Positions 38,090-49,308 of a DNA stretch of 64,000 nucleotides are shown piece by piece. Location: contig NC_087436.1 of assembly GCF_036321535.1 (NCBI RefSeq), positions 14,632,001 to 14,696,000 on the forward strand, written 5' to 3'. The notes under the pieces are model-generated. The model was not told the DNA's origin. It was given only the letters and a program-made list of their open reading frames with translations, and made no database searches. Every line of letters starts with the position of its first letter. The stretch's first letter is position 1. The translations under genes were made by a program, and so were the position numbers. This stretch comes from Camelus dromedarius (lineage: Eukaryota).

Positions 38090-38335
38090 AGTTGTGGTAA
38101 GTAGAGATTGTGATCTCTGAAGTCAGACTGGAGTTTTCAAATACTAGCTCTGTTACTTCATGGCACTTTAATCTTGGGTAAACTGTTAACCCCTCTTGTA
38201 GAGTTATTTTAAAGATGGTAGTAGTATCATAATAATATAGTGTTATTGAGAGGATTCAATAAGATAGTGTTTGTAAAGTACTTAGAAAGTAACTGGCAGA
38301 TAGTAAGTCCTTAATAAGTATTAGCTATTGTATTT
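38090..38335 (+). mobile_element. MIR SINE
   Basis: ctctgaagtcagactgg...gaggattcaataagatagtgtttgtaaagtacttagaaagtaactggcagatagtaagt. Confidence 0.88.
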
Positions 38336-40356
38336 CTTAAGCTTTATTGTAATGCCACAAGACTGTGCTAAAGCTAGCTTAACAAACTAGTCCAGGCTAA
38401 ATAATGCTATGCAAAATACTTTTAGTTTCAGAGATATGATCTCTCTTAGGTGAGTTGAAACCGATCCACTGATTTTTGTTTAAATTACTGTGACTTTTAA
38501 CGTGCAGTCCAACTCTTTGATATTATAAATTTTGTTAGTACTAACAGTGAAGCGCTTTTGCTGTCTGACAAGTGTTTTTATTTTGTTTTCTTCCTTTGGT
38601 TGTTAATATTGAGCGTAGAAGGAATTTGAAAGAAAACGTAAAAGTGTATTTGGTAGTCTTGGGGCTTTGAGTCCTCACAGAAGGACTAATTCTGTTCTAT
38701 TATGCTAGTTTATTCTATAATGATACTTGGGTGTTCTTGAATAGCTGGAACCAGATTCTCTTTGGTACTTTTGTAGACATTCTAGAATTACTACTTGATA
38801 CTATAGAAAATGCCTACGTTTTTCACAGTTTAGAGATTATTATAAATAAACAAAAGCAGTCATTACAAATAGAAGAATAGTTTCAGTCAGGTTAAAATAA
38901 TCTCTATTTGGGATGTATTTTAGTGAATAAATTTTGTAAAATGTTAGTATAAGCTACTAGATATATCTAATGTAGAATTGTCAGGGTGGCACCTTGCATG
39001 TAAACTTTAACCTCTAATTACCTGAAATGTAAATAGAAGAATGCTGACAATTTTCATAGATCACCAGGGCTAAAAATAATGTATAAGATTAGTTGGGGGA
39101 GGTCCCCAAAAGATTTATTTCATTGAAATGTACCATGTCCTTCTGTTCATTTGGTCTTTTCTGATGCTATTAAAGGTAGCTTCTGTACTTTAGAATAACA
39201 ATTGCCTTTAGCAGATGCTTTACTTTCAAAGTGGAAAATGCTTTTTTTCCCCTGTGTTTCTGGTCTGAAATGGCAATTTCCAGTTATTGAAATCAGGTGC
39301 AAATGAAAAATGGAAGTACGAAGAAAATACTGGTGAATTTGGGAACTAAGTGCCAAGAGTACTCATTTGCTTTATAGATGTTGGTTTTGTATGTCTGCAT
39401 TATGAATTTAATTGTCAAGAGTGAATTGTTTGTACTTCACCAGTGTGCTGCCATCTGTCTTAGGGTCTAATAAGTGACAAAATTAGATATGCTGAGGTAC
39501 GTCTGTAATGTTTACCACTTACAGTTTCGGTTTTCTGGTTTATTTCTTATTTATTATTTCACTCTGTTAACTGGTATAGAAAAAGAAGTTTAACACTTTT
39601 AAGATAAAATTATTATTCTATATCATTCAGATATCAGTAATCTTATATTTAATCTTTATTACATTTTTATGCCTCTTTACTCCAGAAAATAACAGAGCAG
39701 AGATTGCAAACTAGTGTCTTACATAGTATTTTTTAAAACACATTTAAATTTGTTGCCAAGGTTTAAAAATCTGGAGAGTTCATATAAAATACTGATTTTT
39801 CACTTTCTTTTGCAATTGTGGATGGACTGTGTGGCCTTACTTGCATCCATGTGCTTATATGACAACAATCAATCGCACCTTTTAAATGGGCTTTCCAGGC
39901 CTTAAACAACTGATCTCTCTCTCTCTCTCTGTTTTTTGTTTAACCTGCCTGCTCCTCTAGTTATTTTGAGTTTGCTTAGAATAAAGACAAAAGCATAATT
40001 GTAGGAAATGCAAAAGTAAGTTGATTTTTCTTTTATTTGTCACATATCAAACTAGTTTGGATGTAAATCCAAGTCAAAGAAATACATAGCAGTTTGTCAA
40101 GTTTACTATTAATATAGCTAGAGATTTGCTAAACACCTCATTTCTAATGGGTATTATCAAGGTGAGAATTTGACACCAAAGCTTTTGCCCCTCCAGATAC
40201 CTATTCATTTAAATTTTCATTCTAGAAATTATCTTTTCCATTGTTTTCCTGTTATCTTTGCCGTTCTTATTAAATTTTGAAGTTAAAATTCTAGTAGGAT
40301 GTAGTATCATATTGCAACAGTAAACCCATGTTTTTGGTGCTCCTTGTTTTGTAAGA

Positions 40357-40849
40357 TGTTTCAGTTATCTGCTGTCACCTAACCATCACCCCAAAGCTTT
40401 ATGATTGTAACAAACAATTATTTATTATTTCTCATTGTTCTTGTAGGTTATGAGTTTAGGAAGGGATCACTTTGGGCATTTTTGATTCAGGGTTGCAGTC
40501 AGATGGTGATTGGAGGTGGAACAGCAGGGGTCTAGAACAGCTGAGGGCTAGCCAAGAATCTCACTCTTAATAGAGTCTCAGGACTCATCCAGATAAGGTC
40601 TTTTTTTAACCTGGGCTAGTTTGGGCTTCTTCACAGCATAATGGCCTCAGGGCAATCACACTACTTACAACAGAGCTACCTTGTAAGTATTCCAGCAGGC
40701 AAGGTGGAAACGGAATCTCCTTTTTATGACTTAGCCTAGGAAATCACCTTCTGTCTTGGTTGAAAGGAGTGTCGTAGTACATTGTAAGAAGAGCATGCGA
40801 AGATGGGGGATATTGCTGTGACCATCTTTGAGAAATACAGCTCACTATA
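40357..40849 (-). mobile_element. MaLR (MLT1-like) solo LTR
   Basis: tgtttcagttatctgctg...caccccaaagctt...ttttatgacttagcctaggaaatcac...gggggatattgctgtgaccatctttgagaaatac. Confidence 0.85.
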
Positions 40850-40933
40850 GGAGGTCATGACATCTTTGCTCTTAGAACTGTTTTTGTTTTCATTTGTAGA
40901 GGAAAATCAAGCTCATTAAAACAGATCCCATTT

Positions 40934-40942
40934 ACACACACA

Positions 40943-40985
<43 letters not shown>
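40934..40985. repeat. (CA)n microsatellite
   Basis: Direct reading, one interruption. Confidence 0.97.
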
Positions 40986-40987
<2 letters not shown>

Positions 40988-41169
40988 CTTATGTAGTACT
41001 TTATTTCTGTTATCCTAGCAAACTTACATATCTGAAACATACGTAATAAAAAGTGAATCTCCAAACAACTAGATTTAGAAAGTAATACAACTAGGTTAGG
41101 CCTAACATTCTATAGAATAGAATATATGTTCTATTACAAATCAGGAATTAGATATACTAGGGTAAAAAA

Positions 41170-41310
41170 ATCAGCTCCACTGCCTGGCAGCTGTGTTACC
41201 TTGGGCAAATTTTTAAACCTTTCTGAACCTCAGTTTCCTTGTCTATAAAATGTTGGATAGTGATACTTCACAGCCTTGTCATGACATTTAAGTGAAATAA
41301 AAAGCATGAT
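41170..41310 (+). mobile_element. MIR SINE core
   Basis: agctgtgttaccttgggcaaatttttaaacctttctgaacctcagtttccttgtctataaaatg. Confidence 0.88.
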
Positions 41311-44300
41311 CTACTAGGAACTCTGTCCGTGTTTAATCCTTCCCTCACGTCATTGTACCAATCTGAAATAATGTGTATTTTTTCTGAGCTCTGTAGCTGC
41401 AGACGTCCTTTATATCTCTTTACATCTCCTGTTGATCTCTGGTAGTCAGTCTCCTAGCATCCCTGGCTTTCTCCTTCCATCCCTAGATCTTTCTGTTTCA
41501 GGCATAATCAAGGGTTATAGGGATTGAGTTTTGTTTGTCTTTGTTTTTAATCTTTCTTGATAAATAGTGTTTTATTTATTGGAAGAATAAAAACTTAGAC
41601 TGTCAGTTTAATTTAAACTTCAGCTATGAAATTAATAATGATACATATCAGATGATGTATTTTGTTGAATTATGTACTTTTCACAGTGTAAAAAGGCCAG
41701 GGCTATCAATTGTCAGCTCATCCAAGAGTGAGACCCTAAATATGTATTTTCTATAGCTAAATTCCATATTAAAGTATTTTCTATGCATAAAGTTAATTCT
41801 GTTCTTAAATTTGATGCTGAGGTGAGTACTGACAAGTGAATATTTATAATGTATAATTTATTCAGTGAATACTGTTAAGTCTCACACGTTTTAATAGCAT
41901 GTTACTGAAAATTATATAATTGAAGTTGTGGAATTCATCTCACTCAAAATAATTAATTTTTACTTAAAATTGCATCAGAAACTCTCAACAGTGGGGAAAC
42001 ATGATTATCTCCCCCCTCCTTACTATTTTGCTTCTTTAATTGTTAACACTGTCAAATATCTTATATTTCCATTTTATTTTTCATAGGATAAATTCCTACA
42101 AAGTATTAAGCCATCAATTTGGTGACCTTCCTGCATTATAGCTTAGTTTTTTTAAACTTAGAAAAAACCACCTACATTACTTACTGTGCTTTAAAATAAT
42201 TATTAGTATTATGTCCTTATTTATTACTCCCTGGCCTACAACACTCTTCAGAATTTTTATAGGAAAAATAAATGATAAATTATATTTAGTTTAACTGAAA
42301 GGTTAATGACACTTTTATGCTTAAGTTTCTTCATAAAAGTAATTTAAATCATGGACCTTAAACAACTGATATTAAAAAAATTTTTGTCTTCTTTCTTACA
42401 CTTAAATTTTATTTGGAGAATTGTGGGAAATTAAGTTGCTTTTAAATCACTCTGTCATCACATGAGGCTTTTGCATGACTGAAATACCTGTAATTACTAT
42501 GTCATTTTTGTCATAGTTGACTTAAAGGTGTAACTATAATAATCATCTGCTAAATTCTTGAGGAGCAGCTGTGAAAGACCAATTTAACAGCTGGGGTAAC
42601 CCAGCACAGACTGTAAGAGTTAAACTTAATCTTGAGACAAGTTATGTTATAGTTATTGAGGACTTCATACTGGGCATTTTTGAAATACTTAAAAAACTCA
42701 ATGCAATAGTTGGATTTTTGTTTTATCACAAATATTTCTTTAAATGCTTAATGAAAGAATGAGGAAAAGTATCATTTTTAATATTAACAATTAAAATCCT
42801 GAGACACAAATATGGAAATAAAACCCAAAGTTTACTCATTAAAAACAAAATCAAATATACTCTCTATGTCACTGTTTATGCCACTTATAGTAAGTAGGAA
42901 AGGAGAAATACATTAAAAATATTATAGAATAATATGTAATCAGAAAAATTCTGATATTTTTTCTTGAATTTCATATTTAATATCATATTTTAAAAAATTA
43001 TGCCTGTAACTTGTGTCATTGAAAATCTTTTCTTATTATATAACACAAATACGTATTCACAATACAAGGTTAGATGCCTGTTTTTAGAAGATAAACACAT
43101 AAGAGAATGGAATCAGTGAATTTTATTTATAGATATATTTTGTAAAACTGTAGCTACTTACTAAACTATAATAAAGAAAGGCTCACCAAATTGACAACCC
43201 ACCACATTACAAGAATTCTGGCGGTGTACTTGGTGCTATTAGAACTGTGCTGTATTCTTAAAGCTGCAAGGAACTTCATTCTTTTTCATTTGATCCAACA
43301 TCCTCATTCCTCATTCTAGAAATCCAAAATCTGAGACAACTTAAGAGACTTACCTAAGGTCACTGGTTAGTGGTAGAGCTGAAACTAGAACTTAAAATTC
43401 ACCTAGTATTTTTTGTATACCAGTAAGCTTACGTGGAGTATTAACTCCAGGTAATCTGGCTGAAAGTTGATTGAGCTAACAGTTTAGTCAAGAATAATTT
43501 AATTGTAAATAAATTTAGTTGTAAATAAGTTAATAAATAGTTGGGGGTTTTGAGTCATAGTGTTTCTAGTGTACTGTTTCATTATCATTTTTAAAGGCTT
43601 TTTTGGTTGGCTTTTATATAGTTTACTTTTTAACTTATGACTTTATTTTCAGCTAGTTATTTTAAAATAACTGGAATTTTCCAGCAGAATTTGGAAATAA
43701 CCTAAATGTCTAGCAGTCAGACTTTGATTATATAAATCAAAGCAGGTACAATACTTTATGTAACCTGATATTGGCAGCATTTTACTTTCGAAAATGTTGC
43801 ATATATATAGATATATGTAATGCTTTTATTTTGCAAATGTCTAGTTACCAGGTCACATTTTTATAGCGCTTGTGTAAACTGTATGTTCTGTTTCAGAACC
43901 CAAACTAATTTCTTTTAAGTAGTTAGGGGCTACCCTAGGTCCCTGGATAAAGAAAATTAGCAAGCAGTACAGTAATAAGTTGTGACCCACTAAATGTTTA
44001 TGTGGATATAATATCTTAAGTACACTGTAATTGGAATTTGTAATCTTTTCTTAGTGAACACTTCGAGCATTTAAGTGTCTCCTAAAAATAACATTCTGGT
44101 ATCTAAGGTGTAAGGAAAGACTGAAAACAGTGATTTAGATACAGAGAATAATCTGTCTCACTCAATGTCCCTGAATAAATGAGTATGCTTTGTAATACCA
44201 TATTCTCATCTCAAAAAGATATTGATTCTGATTTATGTCACTTACGTAGTGGTATAATTTTTAGCATCTATAATTTTTCTGTTTCTATAGAAGAGTAAGT

Positions 44301-44749
44301 CATTTATTGCTTAAATTCACAGAAGTAGTGCATGATACTGAATTTAAATGGCATATGCTAGTACTCTCACTTTCAAAAGTTTTTATGTTAGACTTTGAAA
44401 ACTTCTGATACAGAAAGTGATAAGTAGGCAAAATATCTTGTATTGAGATCTTCTCTTTACCACAAATTCCCTAATGCTGAGTTCTTCTTGGGTGGATAAT
44501 CAGTGATGTCTGGAATCTTAAAATGCCAAGACACAACAACTGAGTTGCTACTGCTTAATTTTTAGATAGAATTTTGACAGAATTGTGGAAGTCTAAACTT
44601 CTAAAACTTGTGATTATGTTTTATAATGTTCTACTCCAAAGTTATGACAGGTAGATTTTAGAAGCTTTGCTTGCTTTCTTAGGGACTTTTTTTTTTAATT
44701 GAAATGTAATCTACAAAGCTCTACGTGACTTTTTTTTTTTTTTACAGTG

Positions 44750-44990
44750 TTAGTAATGGCAGCTAGCAATATTGAGCACTTACTAGATGTGAAATATTGT
44801 TCTATGTGTTTCACTTACATTAACCAATTTGATCTTCATAACAATCTTGTGAGGTAAGTTCTATATAGAGGAAATTGAGGCACAGAGGCATTAATTTAAC
44901 ATCATACAACTAATAAGTGCTAGAACCAGCTTTGGACTATGGCAGTTCGACTCCAGCGTCAATATTCCAACCTACTGTATCATACTTCCT
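44750..44990 (-). mobile_element. MIR SINE
   Basis: tattgagcacttacta...gatcttcataacaatcttgtgaggtaag...gaggaaattgaggcacagag. Confidence 0.88.
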
Positions 44991-46293
44991 TAATACTTAC
45001 TGATACCATCTTAAAAGAGCTTGTCTGTTTTGAAAAGTCTCAGTTTGGGAAGGGAGTTAATAATTGAGACTATCTTACGTATTTTTAAAAGGATAAATAA
45101 GACTAAGACTTTGTTTTTTTTCCTAAACACAAGGAGCTAGCTGCATTTTAAAATATTAACAGTGGGGATTCTCCTACACATTGACTATAATTTCCCTCAT
45201 TTACTAGGGTTTTCTTCTGTATTTGAAGATTTTGTATTTTGAATGTTTCCATGTTGATTAAGAACATTGCTTTAGAATTATTGTTAACTTGAATCCTCAG
45301 AAAAAAAAGATGAAACTTAATAGTTTGGAAATTAGTACTCTGCTCAATGACTTAACAATGTCTTATTTTTACCAAAGTGTATTTTTGTAGACGCGTAATT
45401 TCAATATTGTGTTTGCTTGAGGTGCAGTGCTCTGTACTATCCAGTTGAGGGCAGCTATTTACCGATTTAAAAAGAGTTGGATTAGACTATCACTGCTTGT
45501 GTTTATTAAACCTTGGTATCTAAGTGTAAAGCACAACGTTTGATAGATAAAATAGCCTTAATCTTTACTCCTGTTATTATTGTAAGTAATTTCTTGAAAA
45601 TGAAAAACTAGTTTTACTTCATAATAATTTCTGCCCTCTTAGAAACAGTAAAATGAACACTGTTTATTTTAGTTCTGGTTTTCCCAGTCCAAATTTTTTA
45701 TTAATTCCAGCTCCCCTCCACGAGTCCCTTTTAGGATCAGACTCCAAGAAGATTAGAGAGATTCATATCTTCCCTATCTTTAAACTATCTGCATGTAAAT
45801 ACATGTGATAATAAAGTTCTCTGAGGGCTTTTAAATATAAAAGTGAAAAATTATAATTTTCAGTATGATTATCTTTATTAATCAATGAATTAAGTGAAAG
45901 TTAAATTTGGAGTTGATCTGTTTGATTCATTTTTCTCTGCAGAATGAGTATGTTAAACTTGCGGAATGTAGTACACTCTTCTAATTTTTCCGTGTTGGAA
46001 TAACACTTAGTTTAAATTAGATCTTCTGTGTTGTTCCAAGAAATGAATTTTGGGGGGTTAATGAATATCACTGAGACAAATTTTTTGAGAACAAAGAATG
46101 TCAGGCTATATAACACTATATGAAATATTAACAAGGTAGGTAGGCACTGATAGTAATTTGGGGAGGGGGCATTCCACAGGAGCTACTTCAACAAAGGGAT
46201 TTTTCTAATAAGGAGAAAAAGACACAGTATGACTGAAGGTTATGTTATACACACAAAAAAAGATTAGACTTGTGTTAAGAAATAAAGTGAGGT

Positions 46294-46422
46294 GGGGAGG
46301 TATTGCTCAAGTGGTAAAGTACATGCTTAGCATGCACCAGGTCCTGGGTTCAATCCCCAGTACCTCCATTAAATAAATAAGTAAGCCTAAATATCCCACC
46401 CCACCCCCCCCAAAAAAAAAAA
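46294..46422 (+). mobile_element. tRNA-Ala-derived SINE, camelid Vic-1-like
   Basis: ggggaggtattgctcaagtggt (A box), cttAGCat anticodon-loop remnant at 46329-46331, GGTTCAATCC (B box, 46347-46356), then taaa repeats, a C-run and a poly-A tail. Confidence 0.85.
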
Positions 46423-46529
46423 GAAAGGAGAGGAGGGGAGGGGAGGGGAGGAAAGGAAAGGAAAGGAAGAAGGAAGGAAGGAAGGGAGGGAGGGAAGGAA
46501 GGAAGGAAGAAAAAAGAAAAGAAAGAAAA
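46411..46529 (+). repeat. Polypurine tract (A)n-(GGGGA)n-(GGAAA)n-(GGAA)n, expanded SINE tail
   Basis: About 120 nt containing only A and G. Confidence 0.93.
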
Positions 46530-46724
46530 TGAGCATCAGAGGAGATGCTGAGACTAGAATGAGGCTAGAGACATTAATTCTGCCAGGTAGTAAGTAGTCT
46601 AGTGGGGCCATAGATGTGCTTATCTTAGACCAGTCTCACCTTTTGCTTACAAGATTTCTGGTACCCTCTCTTCTATGCCTAGATCTCTGTTATTTATTTT
46701 TTTTCAGTGGTTATGGTTGTATTC

Positions 46725-47550
46725 TTAGTTGTTTATTTTTTTTATTGAAACAATTTTTATTATAATTAAATACCTATAACATAAAATTTACTATTTTAAT
46801 CATGTTTAAGTGTATAATTCAGTGATGTTAAGTATATTCACAATGTTGTGCAACCATTACCACTGTCTCCAGAAATTTTTTCTTTTCCAGCAGAAATTCT
46901 GTACCCATTAAGCACTAACTCCTCATTCCTTTCTCCCTCTAGCTCCTGGCAACCATCATTCTACTTTCTGTCTATAAATTTAACTACTCTAGGTACCTCA
47001 TATAGGTGAAATCATACAAAATTTATCCTTTTTTGACTAACTTATTACACTTAGCATTATGTCTTTAAGGTTCATCCACGTTGTGTCAGAATTTCCTTCC
47101 TTTTTAGGCTGAATAATATCCCACTGTATGTATGTACCACATTTTTTTCCATCACTGGTTACTTAGGTTGTTTCCATTTCTTGACTATTGTGAATAATGC
47201 TGCTTTGAACATGGTTATACAAATATCTGTGTGTGTGAGCCCTTCTTTCAGTTCTTTTGGTTGTATACCCAAAAGTGGAATTGCTGGATCATGTAGTAAT
47301 TTTTTTGAGGGAACTATATTTTCCATAGTAGCTACATCCATTTTGCATTCCCACCAACAGTGCACAAGGGTTCTAGTTTCTCTCCATCTCTGCCAATGCT
47401 TATTTTTCTCTGTGTGTGTGTTTAAATAATAGCCATATTAATAGGTATGCATTGTGGTTCTGGTTTTGATTTGCATTTCCCTAATGAGTAGTGATACTGA
47501 GCATCTTTATGTGTGCATATTGATCATTTATATATCTTCTTTGGAGAAAT
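46725..47550 (-). mobile_element. LINE-1 3' end (L1MA/MB-like)
   Basis: Minus-strand peptide HCWWECK...[17 protein letters not shown]...MFKAALFTIVKKWKQPK (ORF2 C-terminus) plus 3'UTR. Confidence 0.94.
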
Positions 47551-48799
47551 TCAGTTGTTTACTTTTGTGTAACTAAAAATGTCACCTCTGCTAATAACTG
47601 CATTTTTGACTACATTTTAAATTGTGGTATCAGAGAGAGGTGAACTTTTAAAAAGTAGCATTATGGTAGGACTTGGGGTATTTCTTCTGTGTGGATTGAT
47701 TTCCTAGTAACCCACTTTAGTAAGACATATCTCTCCAAAGTCAAAAAAGTACGCCCATTTCTGACATTCTTCTTTGTAATTCTCTTCATATCACATTCTA
47801 AATTCCCACTATAACAGTCCATAAAAGCTATTGGAAGAAGAGATAAGTGAAGTGACTACCTATTGGAAGAAGAAAATAGAATGGAAGGAGAATCAACTAC
47901 CTGAACATTGTGAATGGATAGTTCACATCTATTATCTATCATCTGTTAAAACTTCTGTCAATTCTCACACTAGGCTTTTTTTCTTACCTTTATAACAGTC
48001 CACTTCTTGGATTTGAATATGAAATGTAGCATAAAGATGAGTTAACACTGGCATAAGTAGTTAATTTAAGGAAATATTTGAGATAATACTGACAAGTTGA
48101 GGTTAGGGCCACTTTGAGGAGTGTCTTCATCTCCAAACTTTGTCTTAGGCATCGGGGAACCATTGAAAGTTCTTGAGGAGTGGATTGTACACCACATTCC
48201 CTCTGCATGTTTTAGGAAGAGGTACCTGACTGTTAAGAGAAATCAGGCCCTACAGATTTGTGAGGAACTGATTACTTATTACTCATTTTATTATAATTAC
48301 TTTCCATCACAGGTTGTCTTTATAAATACTTGGGTTTTTAAATATATTTAGTCGGTCACATGACAGTTAATACTTTTAAGTGGAATTACTAAGTGTTTCA
48401 GAATTATAGAGATTGAACTGGAATTTGCAGACAACTAAAATGTCTCCTGGTAAAATTAATCTGAAGTGTGTATTAACAGCTATAAAGAGCTAGAGTAGAT
48501 TATGTCTTAGTATAAGATAAAGAATGATATGTATCGAAGAGGGAAAGAGCATGCTTAAGACAAACACTGGAAGATACAGTGCTCATTCTGAATATATCTG
48601 AGATAGAATAAATACATATGTATATTTGGAGGACATGCATAAACACTGCCCTTAAATTTAAAGTACAATTCAAAACTTACCTAAAATGTTAATGCTGATA
48701 TTTGGGTAAGCAAAACTTAATAAGATATTCAAGAGAAAATACAATATTTATCTTTTGTAATTTGCTAAAGAAAACTTTACTTTCACTTTCTAGGGAGTA

Positions 48800-49161
48800 C
48801 CTAGGTTAGTCACTGGAGAAGTTTTCAGAGGGACCCTACAGCCCAGCCCTGCTGTGGTTGTATTCACATTACTGACTGTGCATGGGAGGCTCACCAGCTG
48901 TCTGACTGGCAGGAGCAGGAGCTTCACTTCAGTAGTTTATAATTCCTGGCTATTCTAGGATAGTTTGCACTTCACCAAGCCTCAGACAGGTCAGGACACT
49001 TGGTAGGAGAAGGTTGAAAGACAAAAGCAGCAGGCCTTGGGTTCTCAGCCTTTTTTTTTTTTTTTAATTCGGAAGTTGTATTTTATTTTGGTGGTTAGAG
49101 TTTTTAGTAATGTGCCTGTATTACATGTAGAGAGTAATCATCAGCCAAGAGGAATTTTAAA
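48800..49161 (+). promoter_or_regulatory. Putative internal promoter and 5'UTR of FBXW7 gamma
   Basis: Repeat-free, locally GC-richer stretch directly 5' of an alternative first exon. E-box CAGCTG 48895-48900, TATA-like TTTATAA 48936-48942, T15 49051-49065, ETS-like CGGAAGT 49070-49076. TSS not determinable. Confidence 0.6.
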
Positions 49162-49308
49162 ATGTCAAAACCGGGAAAAGCTACTCTAAACCATGGCTTG
49201 GTTCCTGTTGATCTTAAAAGTGCAAAAGAGCCTCTACCACATCAAACTGTGATGAAGATATTTAGCATTAGCATCATTGCCCAAGGCCTCCCTTTTTGTC
49301 GAAGACGG
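49162..49308 (+). CDS. FBXW7: FBXW7 gamma-isoform-specific first coding exon (49 codons; partial CDS)
   Basis: MSKPGKATLNHGLVPVDLKSAKEPLPHQTVMKIFSISIIAQGLPFCRRR, then phase-0 donor CGG|gtaagt at 49309. Matches the known gamma N-terminus. Confidence 0.96.

Noticed and set aside
46294..46368. Functional tRNA-Ala(AGC) gene
   Set aside because: Stems are mismatched and it is followed by a SINE body and poly-A tail with no T-run terminator.
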